Shown: positions 11,456 to 23,138, numbered from the stretch's first letter. The stretch: 64,000 nucleotides of DNA from Fistulifera solaris (GCA_030295235.1 AP026136.1:434001-498000); one strand, 5' to 3'. Numbers and translations: made by a program. The notes: generated by a model from the sequence alone, not told the origin.

Positions 11456-11748
11456 CGCGCTCAGGCAAAAACGGTACCCAACACCCAACTGACGGCGGCT
11501 CGGCGGCTCGGCTCTCTCTCTGGCTGGAGCTCTATAGAGAGACTCGAGAGGCCTCTCTCTAATAGAGAGTGAGTAGAGACAAGTAGATAGAGCTCATGTT
11601 GTTATTATTGTCCTCGTCGGGAAAAAAGTGAACATGGCATTCGTCGTGGGCGAGGTCAAAAGTTGCAACCTCAGAGAAAGCAAATTATCGTAGATTGGTT
11701 TGATTCTTCGTGAAAGGAAAATTTTAAATTTACAGAGGAATCATCATC

Positions 11749-14133
11749 ATGGTAGAGCCCGCTCGAGAAATAATAACATTCGACGATGAAGATGATGACG
11801 CTGAACTTCAGAGAGCTCTAGCTTTGTCTCTCAAAGAGCACAGCCATGTTACATTTGGACAAGTGAATATAGCTGGTGAAGACGATGATGATCTCAAACA
11901 AGCTTTGGCCCTATCTCTTCAAGATGAGCTTTCTAAACAGAGGCAATCGGATTTACGCTCTGTTGAAGGCGTTAGTGCTGCTGTCGTTTCATCTGCCACC
12001 GATACAAATTTTTCGCTACCGGAACAGCTACCGTCCTTGGTTTTAAACATGGAAGTCATTGACGCGTACTATAGCGAAACCGAGCCTTTTGATATAGAGT
12101 CGTTTCGCTCTATCATGTGGGATGAAAATTTAACGACCGAGAATGATAAGCGTCGGTGGATCGAGCAACCAATAACGATGCGCAGTGATGAAATTGCAAG
12201 CCAAGATTCGTCTGAGCCTGTCAGTGATGATGAATTGACGCGCCTGGATCGACTTGCGAAGTCGCATGTTCCTTGGGGATTAGTACAACAACACGGTGGG
12301 CCGTGTGGCGTTCTGGCAGCGGTGCAAGCAGAAATGTTAAGATACTTGATATGGGGACCGCTGCCGTATTCATCTTTTCTGTCAGCTGAAGCTTTGTTAG
12401 AAGCCCTGGCTAGATCCCTTGGAACCATACTTGCTCGTGCAGCCTTAGCGGACGCCGTGGAAGCATCCTCCGATTGCGATAGGCAAGGCTGTGAAAGGAC
12501 AGAAAGCTGTTCTGGCATAGAAAAGCAAATAGCTGTAAAGCTTGTTTTGCCTTGTCTAGACGGTAAGAATATTGACCGCCCACTGACATGGGAAGACTTC
12601 GAACCATGGCAGAGTGTTGCTACAGCCAATGGTCCCGAAAATACATCGAGCACTTCTTCTGTCTCTGCGTCGTTCATAACATATAATATTACGTCAACGT
12701 CGTCTTCTGTTGACTCAAGTCAGAACAAAAGTTGCAAAAAGCAGAAGACCGGTAGTTCTGAAGCTGGAAACGGTCTGGCTAGTCAAGAGATAGAAGTGCA
12801 GGAACTGTTGCTTCTTGATGAGATAGATAGATTAGCACGCCACGTTTCCGCCTTTTTGCTTCAAGCACAAGATGGCGGGTTTCCTCCGATAAATCACTTT
12901 CGTCAAGCAGGAGGAGTACTTCTGTTGGTTATGTCTGTAGTTGCGTCTCGTGGTCACGCAAAGCTCCGAGCTGAGTTCGACGATCCTATCGGAACTCGTC
13001 TTACAGGTCAGTTTGGTCATTGCAGCCAGGAACTTATTAACGCTCTTCTCACCGGACAGGCGGTATCGAATGTATTCGATAACGTTCTAAACCCATCGGG
13101 GGATATGATATGCAGGGGAATTTGCGCAAAACCTGTCGTCGGATATCTTACTCGACTCGAAGCTCTTCAGTATTGTTCGGTGGGTTCGTACTTTAAATCC
13201 CCTCGTATCCCCGTTTGGATAATTGCGTCGAGCAGTCACTTTTCTGTCTTATTTGGTCCCAAAAAAGCCATTCAGGAGAGTGCGAGCGACATGCTATTGG
13301 AGAAATGCCGTCGGGCTTTCAAAAGTGTTGAAGGGGGAGAAGAGAACGGATTTATTCCGACCGAGTCGCTCTCATTTGTGCTGTCTGCGCTTGATTACAA
13401 TTTAGATCCCCCCAAAATATCTGCTCTAAGAGCTGCATTAGAAGTAACAGGCGCAGGTATAATATTGTGGGATGACTTTTGGAAGGCTATCAGTAGGCTA
13501 ATGACAGGGGCAGCGATTGAGACAATTCTCGAGGGCCAAGTCGCTTCTGACAAATCTCCCGCATCACAAAGCGGAAGTCATAATACAGGGCAGTACCCCT
13601 CGCCCCCCTTCATCCACCAGGATATGCTAGCTATAAATGCTGTTTTTAGCGATGATGTAGTCACGTCAAATTCAAGAAGCTTTGGACCAGCATTCGAGAC
13701 ACGAATCGACCAAACAGAAACAGACGAGGAAATGGCGAGAAGATTAGCTGGTGAGTGGGGTAGTGAAGATGCAAATAGTGTCGGCGCTGTGAACGGTGGA
13801 TCTCCCATTGATGTCCCATTCGCCGACCAGGAGGACGACGAAGCTGACACTGGCGACTTAAAACCTGCGGCCGAAGGATCTACAGGCATCTTTGATTTTG
13901 AAACTTATGGGAATACATTTCCCTTGTACCATTATAATGGGCTCCGAGGGGGCGTTCTTTCGCCTTTTCGAGTCACAAGGTTAACCCCTGAAGAGGCTGT
14001 TGGCGCAAGTATTGCCCTTAGTCGTGCTAATGGTGCATCGGCGCAAAGCTCGGATTTGGAGGAAGTCATCAGAACGAAATGGCCATCTTGTGCTTTCAAC
14101 TTTCTTGGAAAGCCACCACCTTTGATCGACTAG
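11749..14133 (+). CDS. MINDY-3/4 family deubiquitinase with UIM/MIU ubiquitin-binding motifs
   Basis: Catalytic GLVQQHGGPCGVLAAVQA, GHCSQELINALLTGQAVSNVFD, PVWIIASSSHFSVLF, LYHYNGL, RTKWP; N-terminal UIMs (ELQRALALSL, DLKQALALSL); DEEMARRL. Confidence 0.9.
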   Translation: MVEPAREIITFDDEDDDAELQRALALSLKEHSHVTFGQVNIAGEDDDDLKQALALSLQDELSKQRQSDLRSVEGVSAAVVSSATDTNFSLPEQLPSLVLNMEVIDAYYSETEPFDIESFRSIMWDENLTTENDKRRWIEQPITMRSDEIASQDSSEPVSDDELTRLDRLAKSHVPWGLVQQHGGPCGVLAAVQAEMLRYLIWGPLPYSSFLSAEALLEALARSLGTILARAALADAVEASSDCDRQGCERTESCSGIEKQIAVKLVLPCLDGKNIDRPLTWEDFEPWQSVATANGPENTSSTSSVSASFITYNITSTSSSVDSSQNKSCKKQKTGSSEAGNGLASQEIEVQELLLLDEIDRLARHVSAFLLQAQDGGFPPINHFRQAGGVLLLVMSVVASRGHAKLRAEFDDPIGTRLTGQFGHCSQELINALLTGQAVSNVFDNVLNPSGDMICRGICAKPVVGYLTRLEALQYCSVGSYFKSPRIPVWIIASSSHFSVLFGPKKAIQESASDMLLEKCRRAFKSVEGGEENGFIPTESLSFVLSALDYNLDPPKISALRAALEVTGAGIILWDDFWKAISRLMTGAAIETILEGQVASDKSPASQSGSHNTGQYPSPPFIHQDMLAINAVFSDDVVTSNSRSFGPAFETRIDQTETDEEMARRLAGEWGSEDANSVGAVNGGSPIDVPFADQEDDEADTGDLKPAAEGSTGIFDFETYGNTFPLYHYNGLRGGVLSPFRVTRLTPEEAVGASIALSRANGASAQSSDLEEVIRTKWPSCAFNFLGKPPPLID

Positions 14134-14251
14134 ATTGCTTATGGAAGTCTTAAAAGAAACTCTGACCCCTATCATTTATGTACTGAACTAATTCTAGTCA
14201 TCCACCACTTGCAACTAGAGTCATGAGAGGGTCGACCTCTTACTTATAGTC

Positions 14252-17200
14252 TTAAAGCAGAATACGCTCGGGTATGCTCCAATTCTTAGGAAAACAAAGT
14301 TTGAGTGCAAACGCAATTTGTCCATGAAAGTCAAAAACTATCCAACTTACCACAAACCCTCTGCAGTTTATCGACTGGCAATTGCAAGGAATTCTTTTTC
14401 CAGGTCTTCCTCTGAGGACGAATCACCCAACAAAGCGAAAGACGGTTTGTAGTCGTAGGTAATCTCATCGTGAATCTGGATATCCACTAATGCAACAAAG
14501 AAAATTCTCTCGCGGCATACTTCGCAAGGCGTTTTCACAAAATGCATCGAGCAATTGGGGAGACAGCTGTGGTTTAAGAAACGCGCGGGCCCGCCCTTCG
14601 TGGTAGCATCTATGGCGCACTCATCGTTGATGTGAATGATGAAACTCGGGTTCCTCTTTTCAAGATACTCTCCTTCTCGGGAAGCGATGGTCTCTTTATC
14701 AATGTATTCGCCAATATACTCGGCGACAATTTGGCCCTTTTGAATTGTTGATCCGCAAATAGACCAAAGCCGTGTATTCTGCTTGGTCGAACCGAAACGC
14801 AAGAGGGGACTTCCCCCGCAAGCTCTTCATCTTTCATTTCACTCAAGTACAAAGCTTCTTTACGGTTCAAAGTGCTTGCGAGCCCTGTCGTCAATTCGCA
14901 TCGTGAAATGCTAATTCTATGGTGTGCATTATCTCCTCGCTTTCTTCTCTCTTCATGCTGAATATCAATCTCTTTCATGGCATCAAACTGAAGGCAGCGA
15001 GAGCAAATGTTTTCTGGATGCGATCTTCGCTCAACCCTCCTCTTACGCATCCTACGGAGTAAATTTAGAATTAGTTCCTCCTTCTGACTCGGCGTCTGAT
15101 GGAAGTCAACTAGTTGACCAGCCCTGGTTACCTCATTGTCTACGATGATTCGCAATCTCCTATCAAAGGTCGCATCCCTCCCAACTACTAACGCGTGTTC
15201 ACGTGTACTGTCAGGGTTGGGTGCGAGCGTGGCCGATGCAGCCACCGCGATTCTTTTCACGACCAAAGCTCCGTAGTAAGCCTGTTCGTTCTCGTTCGTA
15301 CGCAGAATACTGGCCTCGACTTGACAGCGAAGCGCTTCTTCGTTTTCTATCATTTCCACTGCCTCAGGCCACACATCTCTGAGTTCAACAAATGGCTCCT
15401 GTTCAAAAAGTTGATCATCTAACTGAAATGTTTCTGTATCGCTGCTTGGGTCATAAGCCACTACGCACTTCTGATATGCAGTTAGCACCGCATTCATCCA
15501 AGCTGCAGTTCGACTTGCTGCAATAAGAAGAGCGCTTTGTATGCCCTTCGCGTGTCTGCACACTGAAGATGGACAGGGGTAGAACGAAATTATGGCCGTG
15601 CACATTGATTCGATATCCTTTACAAGATCCCCTACACTTTCATAGGACTTATCAAGTACTTTGTCTTTAATCGTACCGATGTCTATGAAATGGCGAAATG
15701 ATGCTGAAAATTCTTGGTCCTTTATGGTCCGTGCGACCAGTCTCAGCGGGTCGCGACGTAGAGAAGCTAGCAAAATACCATAACAGCATATTGTCTTGCA
15801 TCTGGATTCGAAAGCATCCATCTTTTCCTTCTTTCTCATCAGCTTCTGTCGGTCAGGATCACTATAATCCTTGTTTGACGTGGATGATACAAGAAGTCTA
15901 GTTGGCGGCTGTCGACTTCTAATCGGGCACCTCCCCAGCTGTTGATTGTTTTCTGCGTCAGGGGCCTTGTCAATGGTAGCATCCGGCACGAAATCATCCT
16001 CACGTGCAATACTCGCTATTTTCACGTATCGATCGCGGTCGTTTGTATCGTCTAAGCCGTTAGGGTTTTCGTCACTTTCACCTTCATGGCAATCAAACGT
16101 CCTCGTCTTGGAAGGCGCAAGTAGTACCTGCGGGGGCAAAATCGCCAGAGGAGCCCATCTGCTCTTTAATATTTTACTTGACACCTGGTGCTCGCCCTTA
16201 GACCGAGTCTCGTCAAATCCATCTTTTCCTTGAATACGACCAAGCATAACTGTTTGGACCCTCAAAGTATTTCCATCGGCTTTGTTCGTATCGGAAGAAT
16301 CAGAACCTGCAGGCTGTTTCTTCGACAAATTATAAACCAATTGTGCTCTCCTACAACGAATACAACCAGCTTTATCCTCAGTGCATGCCCCGCAGCGACC
16401 ACAAAGGAGCAAAGATGCTTTGTTACGTTTAGTGTCTTCGTTGCAGGCGATGCCATTGGCATTTATCGTCGTGACATCGTCGATAAAGACAGCGACATCA
16501 TCGAAGCGATCTAAAGCCTCTCCAAGGCTACTACTGGGTAGCAAGGGAAGATTTTGTAGTTTTTCCCAGTCGCTGGATGGACTACAAGAAAGCGGCTGAA
16601 GGTGGTCCACCTCAAAATTGACCAAATCCTCGTCGACCAGTTGACCGCGATCCAGGCGAGGTCGCAGCCCAAGTCCTACTCGGGTTGCTATGAGTGAGCT
16701 CATTGGCGGTTGCAATTTCGCACGAGGCTCAATAGCGGGAATTTGTCTGCTTAAAACGTGGCAGTAATGCTTCCAGCCTCTAGAACAGCCAAGACATTCG
16801 TCACCAATGCTCGTCGAAAGCGGACCGTGGACTTCAAAGTAAGGAATCAATGACTTAGCGTGATCATCGATAACTGTTGTGCTTTTATCACGATTGGCCT
16901 GTACCATTGGCAATTTTCCGAACCGCAGATCATGGAGTAGCTCGTAGGCAATCTTATTCTGAGTGTCATCTACTTCCTCAGCGACTGGCTTTGTCCCAAC
17001 GCAGGCATCTTCTAGTCGTTTGCGGCGGTTCAACTGTTTACGATCTCCGTTTCTGAGCAACGTTTTAATTTCATCATCCGACGAGTTGCTATCTTCCTCA
17101 TCTACAGCTTCCAAGTCAACGATCTCCCGAAGACTTTTCTCTTCCTTCCATTCGATAGTACGTGCCTCGAAATCACGCATTGACATTGTCATATAGCGAC

Positions 17201-18650
17201 GGTGGTCGACTGGACGTAATTTGACCCACCACATCGCTGCTTCTCTCGCAACGAGCTCGTTTCTCTCGTCGCCTTTCGGTAAACGATTAAAAGTTCTGTG
17301 CTTTCGAGCCAAAACCCGCTCAATCTTCCATCGGTTCTCGGCTAGGTAGAAATAGAAGGCCGGTGTTGCTCTCACTAAGTCAGAAAAAGAAAGAGAATCT
17401 TTTCCGTCTTCTTCCCCGCAATGGTTTAAACTGTTTATTGAAGAATTTGCTTGATCTTTTATTTCTCTCTTTTCTTCAAACCGTTCTGCTTCTTCTTCGT
17501 TTTCACCTTTACTTCGTATGCTTGCTTGTCAGAAGCGACTGAATCAGTCCGCCGCCGCTTTCGCAAATTACGGTGTTCACCATCAACCTCTTCCTTACTT
17601 TCTTTTCACCTTGTTCAATGTCAAATTCTTTATTTTTTCAACATCACCATTTACATTATCCTCAGCATAGCTGGAAAAGTGTCTTCGGCTTTTCCTTGTT
17701 GCCGTGGCGTTCTCCTCGTCCAAACTATCTTCTTTGACAGTTTCAAAAGCGGCCTGACAAGCACTGCATCTTATATAATTTTCTTCTTTCTCAATCACTT
17801 CAAATGCAGCGGACTCTTCAACTTTCTTTCCACAGACCTCGCACAAAGCGCACGTACCCTTGTCTGAGTCCCCAAGAGAAGCTTTAGATGGAGAAGTGTC
17901 TAGTTCAGAAAATGTGGTGGGGACACTATCGTCAATGCATTCTGGACAGTACCACGGGTCTTCATCTCGGTCGAGCGATGTGCGAGCTGCGTTATCGAGC
18001 GGAATGCACTCCTTGTGATAAACACGCGGGCATCCATCGCAACAAACAACATCCCCAAACTCATGACAGACCTGGCACCAAAATTGGTTGCCATCGTTTC
18101 CCAGCTGAGACAATCCAGGAACGTCTCCAGGCATGAGAGAAGTAAAACAAGAACCTTCGAGAAGTATCTTCACCCTTGTAGTTCTATCTCGCCCTTCTTC
18201 CGTAGCATACAATACGGAATCGCCCGGCGGAATAACGTTGTTGTCCTGCCCTCTTTGTTCAGGAGAAGCCGATGTAACAGACATTGAAGTACGCTTCTTT
18301 TCCGGAGCGCCTGGATTGGACTCTGATTGGGTGTGTCTTCGAGTAGACGCTCGTTGACGTTTGTTCACAATCTCCGGCTCGTTGATCTTTCCAGCTGTGT
18401 CCATCGATTCCGTATGCGCGTCACGCTCCGGCGATGCTTGTAAGGACGTCCCAGCGGCGACTGCGTCTGAAACAAAATCGCGATGAAGATGTGATTGACC
18501 TTGTAAAGTATCGGCCTGCTTTGGGTTTTCTCGTTTGTTTACTAGAGAAGCCTCTTGCTCTTTGATGCATCCGTTTGAGTTCTGCGGAGGCCGGCACTCC
18601 CACTTTGTGATACCTTTGATCTCTTCATGAAGCCTCCTAATCAAGCTCAA
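14252..18650 (-). CDS. Chromatin protein: PHD finger, HMG-box-like, bromodomain-like, SET and post-SET (histone lysine methyltransferase)
   Basis: PHD CQVCHEFGDVVCCDGCPRVYHKEC..WYCPEC; RATPAFYFYLAENR; IDIGTIKDKVLDKSYESVGDLVKDI; SRIHGFGLFA, AEYIGEYI, ARFLNHSCLPNC, EITYDY; post-SET RIPCNCQSINCRGFV in a shifted frame, then intron 14350-14285 and NWSIPERILL*. Several frameshifts; 5' end unresolved. Confidence 0.82.
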
Positions 18651-19269
18651 AGATGATTTAATTGAGACTCAACAGCGACCGTGAGAGACTGAATTACTTA
18701 GCTTGATAAGCAGCTCACAAGATGAGCAGCAGCTGGCAGATTTTTGTGAGGATAGACCCTGTCTTGCGGGTTGCCGCGCTTGAACGCTAATAACTGGGGA
18801 CACAACTTTTTGTCTCGGTTGAGAGTGGGATGTTGCAACACGATACACGATGGTTACATAAAACAGTACTGCAAGGCTCCTGCCTTGAACCAACTGTAGA
18901 AAAGTGAGAGCCCAGAGCGCAGTTCAAAGTTCGACGAAGCCACAAAATTCTGTGCCAGAACATGTCGCAGGTTAAATCACAATATAATCGAAATGTAGTG
19001 CGTGTTCGATAGAAGAATGTAGTGCTGCTTTTCGCCTTATAAGCGACTTTCCACTAAATTTATCGAGATGACTTTTGATTTTCGTGTCTGTCAATACGTA
19101 GTACTTTTATGTAGTTTTCTTCTTAAAAAAGTTAGATCGAGTTGTGTACCGTTACGATATTCAAGAAATCTTTGCAAGGTGTGGGGTGTGTGAGTTGTGA
19201 GTAGCAAACTTCAAGCCGATGAGACACTTTTGACAGATTCGGACCAGAAAATGCGAAGTGCAAAATGCA

Positions 19270-19975
19270 CATGTCTCTTTGCACGCAAGCCTTTGGACCC
19301 AAATCTGTTCGCGATGAGCCTACCATTCACACATTTGGCAACAGCAACAACAGTACACAGGTTCAAGAGCTTCGAGGAGATGTTTCGGCCTATGGCTTTT
19401 GGAATGAGAGACGAACGACCATTTTCGATGTCCGAGTTACTGATACCGACGCACCGTCATACAGAAACCGTGACCCGATTAAGGTTCTGGCTTCTCAAGA
19501 GCGTGAAAAGCGTAGCATGTACGGACCCCCTTGCCACGAACGCAGACGAGACTTCACTCCCCTGGTCTTTTCCATTGACGGAATGATGGGACAACAGGCT
19601 ATTTCAGCATCGAGACAGCTTGCAAGAAAACTTCAGCGGAAGTGGAACAAGCCATACTCCGAGATCTGTGGCTTCATCCGGGGCGCTGCATGAGTCTTTC
19701 CCTGGTCAGGTCAGTTAGTATGCTTCTCGCGAAATCCAAGAGAAGGAATGCCAAAACGGAATCCCCCTCATTGGGAAACGGGCTCGGGACTGGCCCTCTA
19801 CTAGCGCACTAAGGCTAGGGAGTTAGAACCAAAGCTTACTCATTAAAGTGTCAGACTGAAATATATGTGAATGAAAAGTGGAAAATTCAGTCGAATGTCA
19901 AGATTAGATTCTGACAATTAAAAAATTAGGAATAAAATATATATGTGAAAAAATACAGAAAAAAAAATACAGGAG
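19270..19975 (+). mobile_element. 5'-truncated non-LTR retrotransposon remnant (CRE-like clade, restriction-like endonuclease domain) with A-rich 3' tail
   Basis: VRDEPTIH, ELRGDV, GFW...TIFDVRVTDTDAPSY, EREKRSMY, FTPLVFSIDG, LARKLQRKWNKPYSEICGFIR; continues out of frame as MSLSLVRSVSMLL...WETGSGLALY* (stop 19804); no RT domain; A-rich tail at about 19920-19972. Confidence 0.82.
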
Positions 19976-20197
19976 GTTTTTGAGTCAGGGTTAGAGCATT
20001 TTCGAAGTCGGAGTATCCGTTCGCGCAATTTGCTCAACGCCACGTTTCAAGCCAAGCTTCGCTTCTTGTTTCAAAATAAAAGCAAATAGGTACGAGACCA
20101 CATCCTTCTTCATCGACTGAAGGAATATCATTAATCATCCAAAGTACACCTAAAATTTAGAGTAAGGGCCATGATCCACGCCAACAAAAGCAGAACC

Positions 20198-20867
20198 ATG
20201 AAATACGCAGATGAAAGCTGTAACGCAACCGAGGAGTCATCTTCAATGGCTTCGTCCTTTGACGAATCGGATACGGATACACTAAACGAAGGTCGCTGGC
20301 TTGTTTCATTTTCGAAGACAAAACAATTGCTGTCAAATCATAGCGAATCAATACGATCAGGGGAGTATGTCAGTAACGGCTGGGGAAAGGGCAATCCGTC
20401 ATATCAGATCAAATGACTATCCAAGTGGGAATGCGATTCGGTCGCGCTTGTTAAACAAACTCGGATTCGAACCAGCGGCATCTAAAATACCAGTGAGTTC
20501 AGCAATATCTCCCACTCCAAGTTGGCACCAGAGCCACGCCTTTTTTGTCGACTTGAAGGGCGACTACGGAGTCCCAGAAAAGAGCTCGGTTTGCAAACAA
20601 AACCAAAGTGTGAACCCCAAAGGACGGATTGTATTTAATCCTGAAGTTAAAGTTCAGATAATTCCTTCGCACGTAGATTTTTCTGATCGCATTCGCCGCG
20701 TTATGTGGACGGACGCTGTGGAGATGGACGAAAACGCTGCTCGAAATTGCCTCGAATACACCGCCGAAGGTTGGGACTGGCGGAATGTGCTCGATGACGA
20801 AGATATGATTGTAATTAACGGAGAAAAGATACATCCAGTGCATTTCTCGGACGAAGAGTGCATTTGA
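20198..20867 (+). CDS. Hypothetical protein
   Basis: Two overlapping ORFs (intron or frameshift between them); protein-like C-terminus VFNPEVKVQIIPSH...ARNCLEYTAEGWDWRNV...IHPVH. Confidence 0.6.
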
Positions 20868-21148
20868 ATCGAGAGTTATCAGGTATCTCGTCATCGCATT
20901 TACAGTAAATTGACAGTTGCAAGGCTACCTTATGAGCACAGACAGAGAATCCTTTTCTGTGTCAAAAAGTCGACATTTAATAATGATAGAACTAGAATAC
21001 AGGGTTACGACTTTGTCAAAAGATGAATGTATATCAGGTTTTTTTCAAAGACTTCAGCCAAGACGATGGCATCCAGTACGCTCAACCATGTCGCGATCGA
21101 GAATGAGATCTCGCGCGATCCTTGATTGACTGAATAGTAATGTGATTC

Positions 21149-21424
21149 TTACGCTCGTAATTTGACAATATAAATATGCGATACATCACGAGCGACAATA
21201 TATCGAGTGGCTTGAAAACTAACCGTCATCCGACTAAAGGAATCGAGCTTTAGGTTTCCTGCTTGTACCAGCATTTGGTACAGCAAAGCACAATCTTTCT
21301 CACTCAGTGGACCACGAAGTAGATTACCGTGTAAATCTAGAACGGCACTAGCTTGCTGTCCTGGAACAGGAGAGGCCTCTAAATCAAGGGGAGCGAAGTT
21401 CTCGCTGTTATTAGATCGATCCAT
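21149..21424 (-). CDS. LAMTOR4-like roadblock-fold Ragulator subunit
   Basis: 91 aa; VPGQQASAVLDLHGNLLRGPL and FSRMTVSFQATRYIVARDVSHIYIVK resemble the LAMTOR4 pattern (IPDQxGYLVL...FKRLSVVF...VFVVK), judged by eye. Confidence 0.6.
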   Translation of the reverse strand: MDRSNNSENFAPLDLEASPVPGQQASAVLDLHGNLLRGPLSEKDCALLYQMLVQAGNLKLDSFSRMTVSFQATRYIVARDVSHIYIVKLRA

Positions 21425-21987
21425 ACTTTGTAAAAGCTGGGTGTTTAACTGACGGGAGATGTAAGCGGCAAACTCGTGGACTACCTTTTCCTCTTCTTTA
21501 AGACTCGTTAAGACTGCTATTCAGCTATTGTTAAATAGAAATTGTTGAATTGCTAGTTTATCCAATGCATTTTGTTTTTTGTTGTTGTCATTGCAATGCA
21601 CGAGCCATTTTACGTATGGCCTGACAGACGACACGACTTGCAATCAATAATAATCATCTTGAGCGTTGCGCTTGGGTTATCTATTCTGACGTAGAGGAAA
21701 CGCAAACTTTGGCGACTAAAAGGAAACAGAGTGACTGCTGTCTTGTTAACAAGCCAATCACGGTTTGCGCATCCCTCCAACTAGCCTTAATCTCTTTAGA
21801 GAAAATCACGCCAAGTCGTTTTTCCTGCATTGACCAGTTACCAAATGAATACGGAGTAATACTTATATCTCTTTCAAATACAAGCATCCTAGGTCAGGCG
21901 GGAAGACAGGTTTTTTACTGTTATTGCACTCGAGATTATAGCTTAGGAAACAATTCTCTACGAGTCGAAAGACTTGTGCTGACTATC

Positions 21988-22671
21988 TCAAAGAAAAGGA
22001 TTCATCATTTTTTCAAGGTCATAACGATACCCATACGCCGTATCCAACTTATCTAATCCTTTCAAACGAGCCGCTTGTTCCAGCACTGCTACTCGCTGGA
22101 ACCCAAGTGATTCCCAGAGCGCTACTGACGCCATATTGGATTGGAACACGAGATTGAAATAAGCCGACTTGTATCCTAGCTGATGAGCCGCTTTCAAGAA
22201 GACCTTTCCCATGAGACGCGCTACGCCGCGCCGACGATAATCGGGATGTGTAATGAATCCGCCATTACAGATGTGGGAACATCGGCCGGGAAAATTGGGC
22301 TTGATGTAGAAACAACCCGCCACTTCCTTGGTTTCTAGACACCGCACCACAAACGCCGCGTGCGAAAGAAAATATCCTCGGTACGCGTCTAGCGTCTCAA
22401 ATTCCGATTCGAACGGCCATGATCGTCCCTCTCGAATAACATGGTTCATCAATGTCATGCCGGCATTCCATTCTGATTCTTCAAATGGACCGACTTGAAC
22501 AAGTGTCTCATCACGAAGTGTTGTATCAAAAGGGATCCAGTCTTTCAGCAGAGAGAATCCGGCTTTACCATTCCCCGGCTCTCCGGAATATGCTATCGTC
22601 ATCCATCGCCGTTTTAGGCCGTGAAAGTAGCCGGTTTTGGGTGCACGAGTTAGGACGGGGGGAACAATCAT
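21988..22671 (-). CDS. GNAT N-acetyltransferase, Mpr1/Spt10-like
   Basis: FYIKPNFPGRCSHICNGGF, YRRRGVARLMG, GYKSAYFNLVF.SN.AS..LWESLGF. Confidence 0.85.
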   Translation of the reverse strand: MIVPPVLTRAPKTGYFHGLKRRWMTIAYSGEPGNGKAGFSLLKDWIPFDTTLRDETLVQVGPFEESEWNAGMTLMNHVIREGRSWPFESEFETLDAYRGYFLSHAAFVVRCLETKEVAGCFYIKPNFPGRCSHICNGGFITHPDYRRRGVARLMGKVFLKAAHQLGYKSAYFNLVFQSNMASVALWESLGFQRVAVLEQAARLKGLDKLDTAYGYRYDLEKMMNPFL

Positions 22672-23138
22672 TTAAAATAAAAATTATCCAATTCGGAAAG
22701 TGCCTTTCTTGGAGGTCGCGCTTTAATACAACGTAGAGAATTGAGAACAAACTTGTGATACTGCAGAACTAATGATGGTAACGGTTTTTCTGTAAACAAT
22801 GATGTCAATAATAGAGGAGTGAGTTGCGCGTTGTGGCGGTGCATTTTTTTTAAGACGGTGCAATACCAGGTACCGGTACCAGGTACTTTTGTAAATCCAA
22901 AGTAATCCGCGTTGCGACAACAAACGAAGTCCAAAAATAATACTCCGTACGGAGTAACGTCGAAGGGGCGAAGATGAGTTTTCATTTTATTTGTTGAGAA
23001 AAGGACTCTTTAAAAGGGAAACGTTAACTATCCCTCATCCATAGCTAGTCTCGTAAGCTTTGCTGGTATACCTTCTTTTCTTCTCACTATTTAATAAGAC
23101 TTGCAAGCCTTCAGGCTCAAAGAAATGCTAATTAAACA

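Noticed and set aside
19984..19995. Telomere-like cagggttag beside the retroelement tail as a target site
   Set aside because: Single short match, no array, and no target-site duplication found
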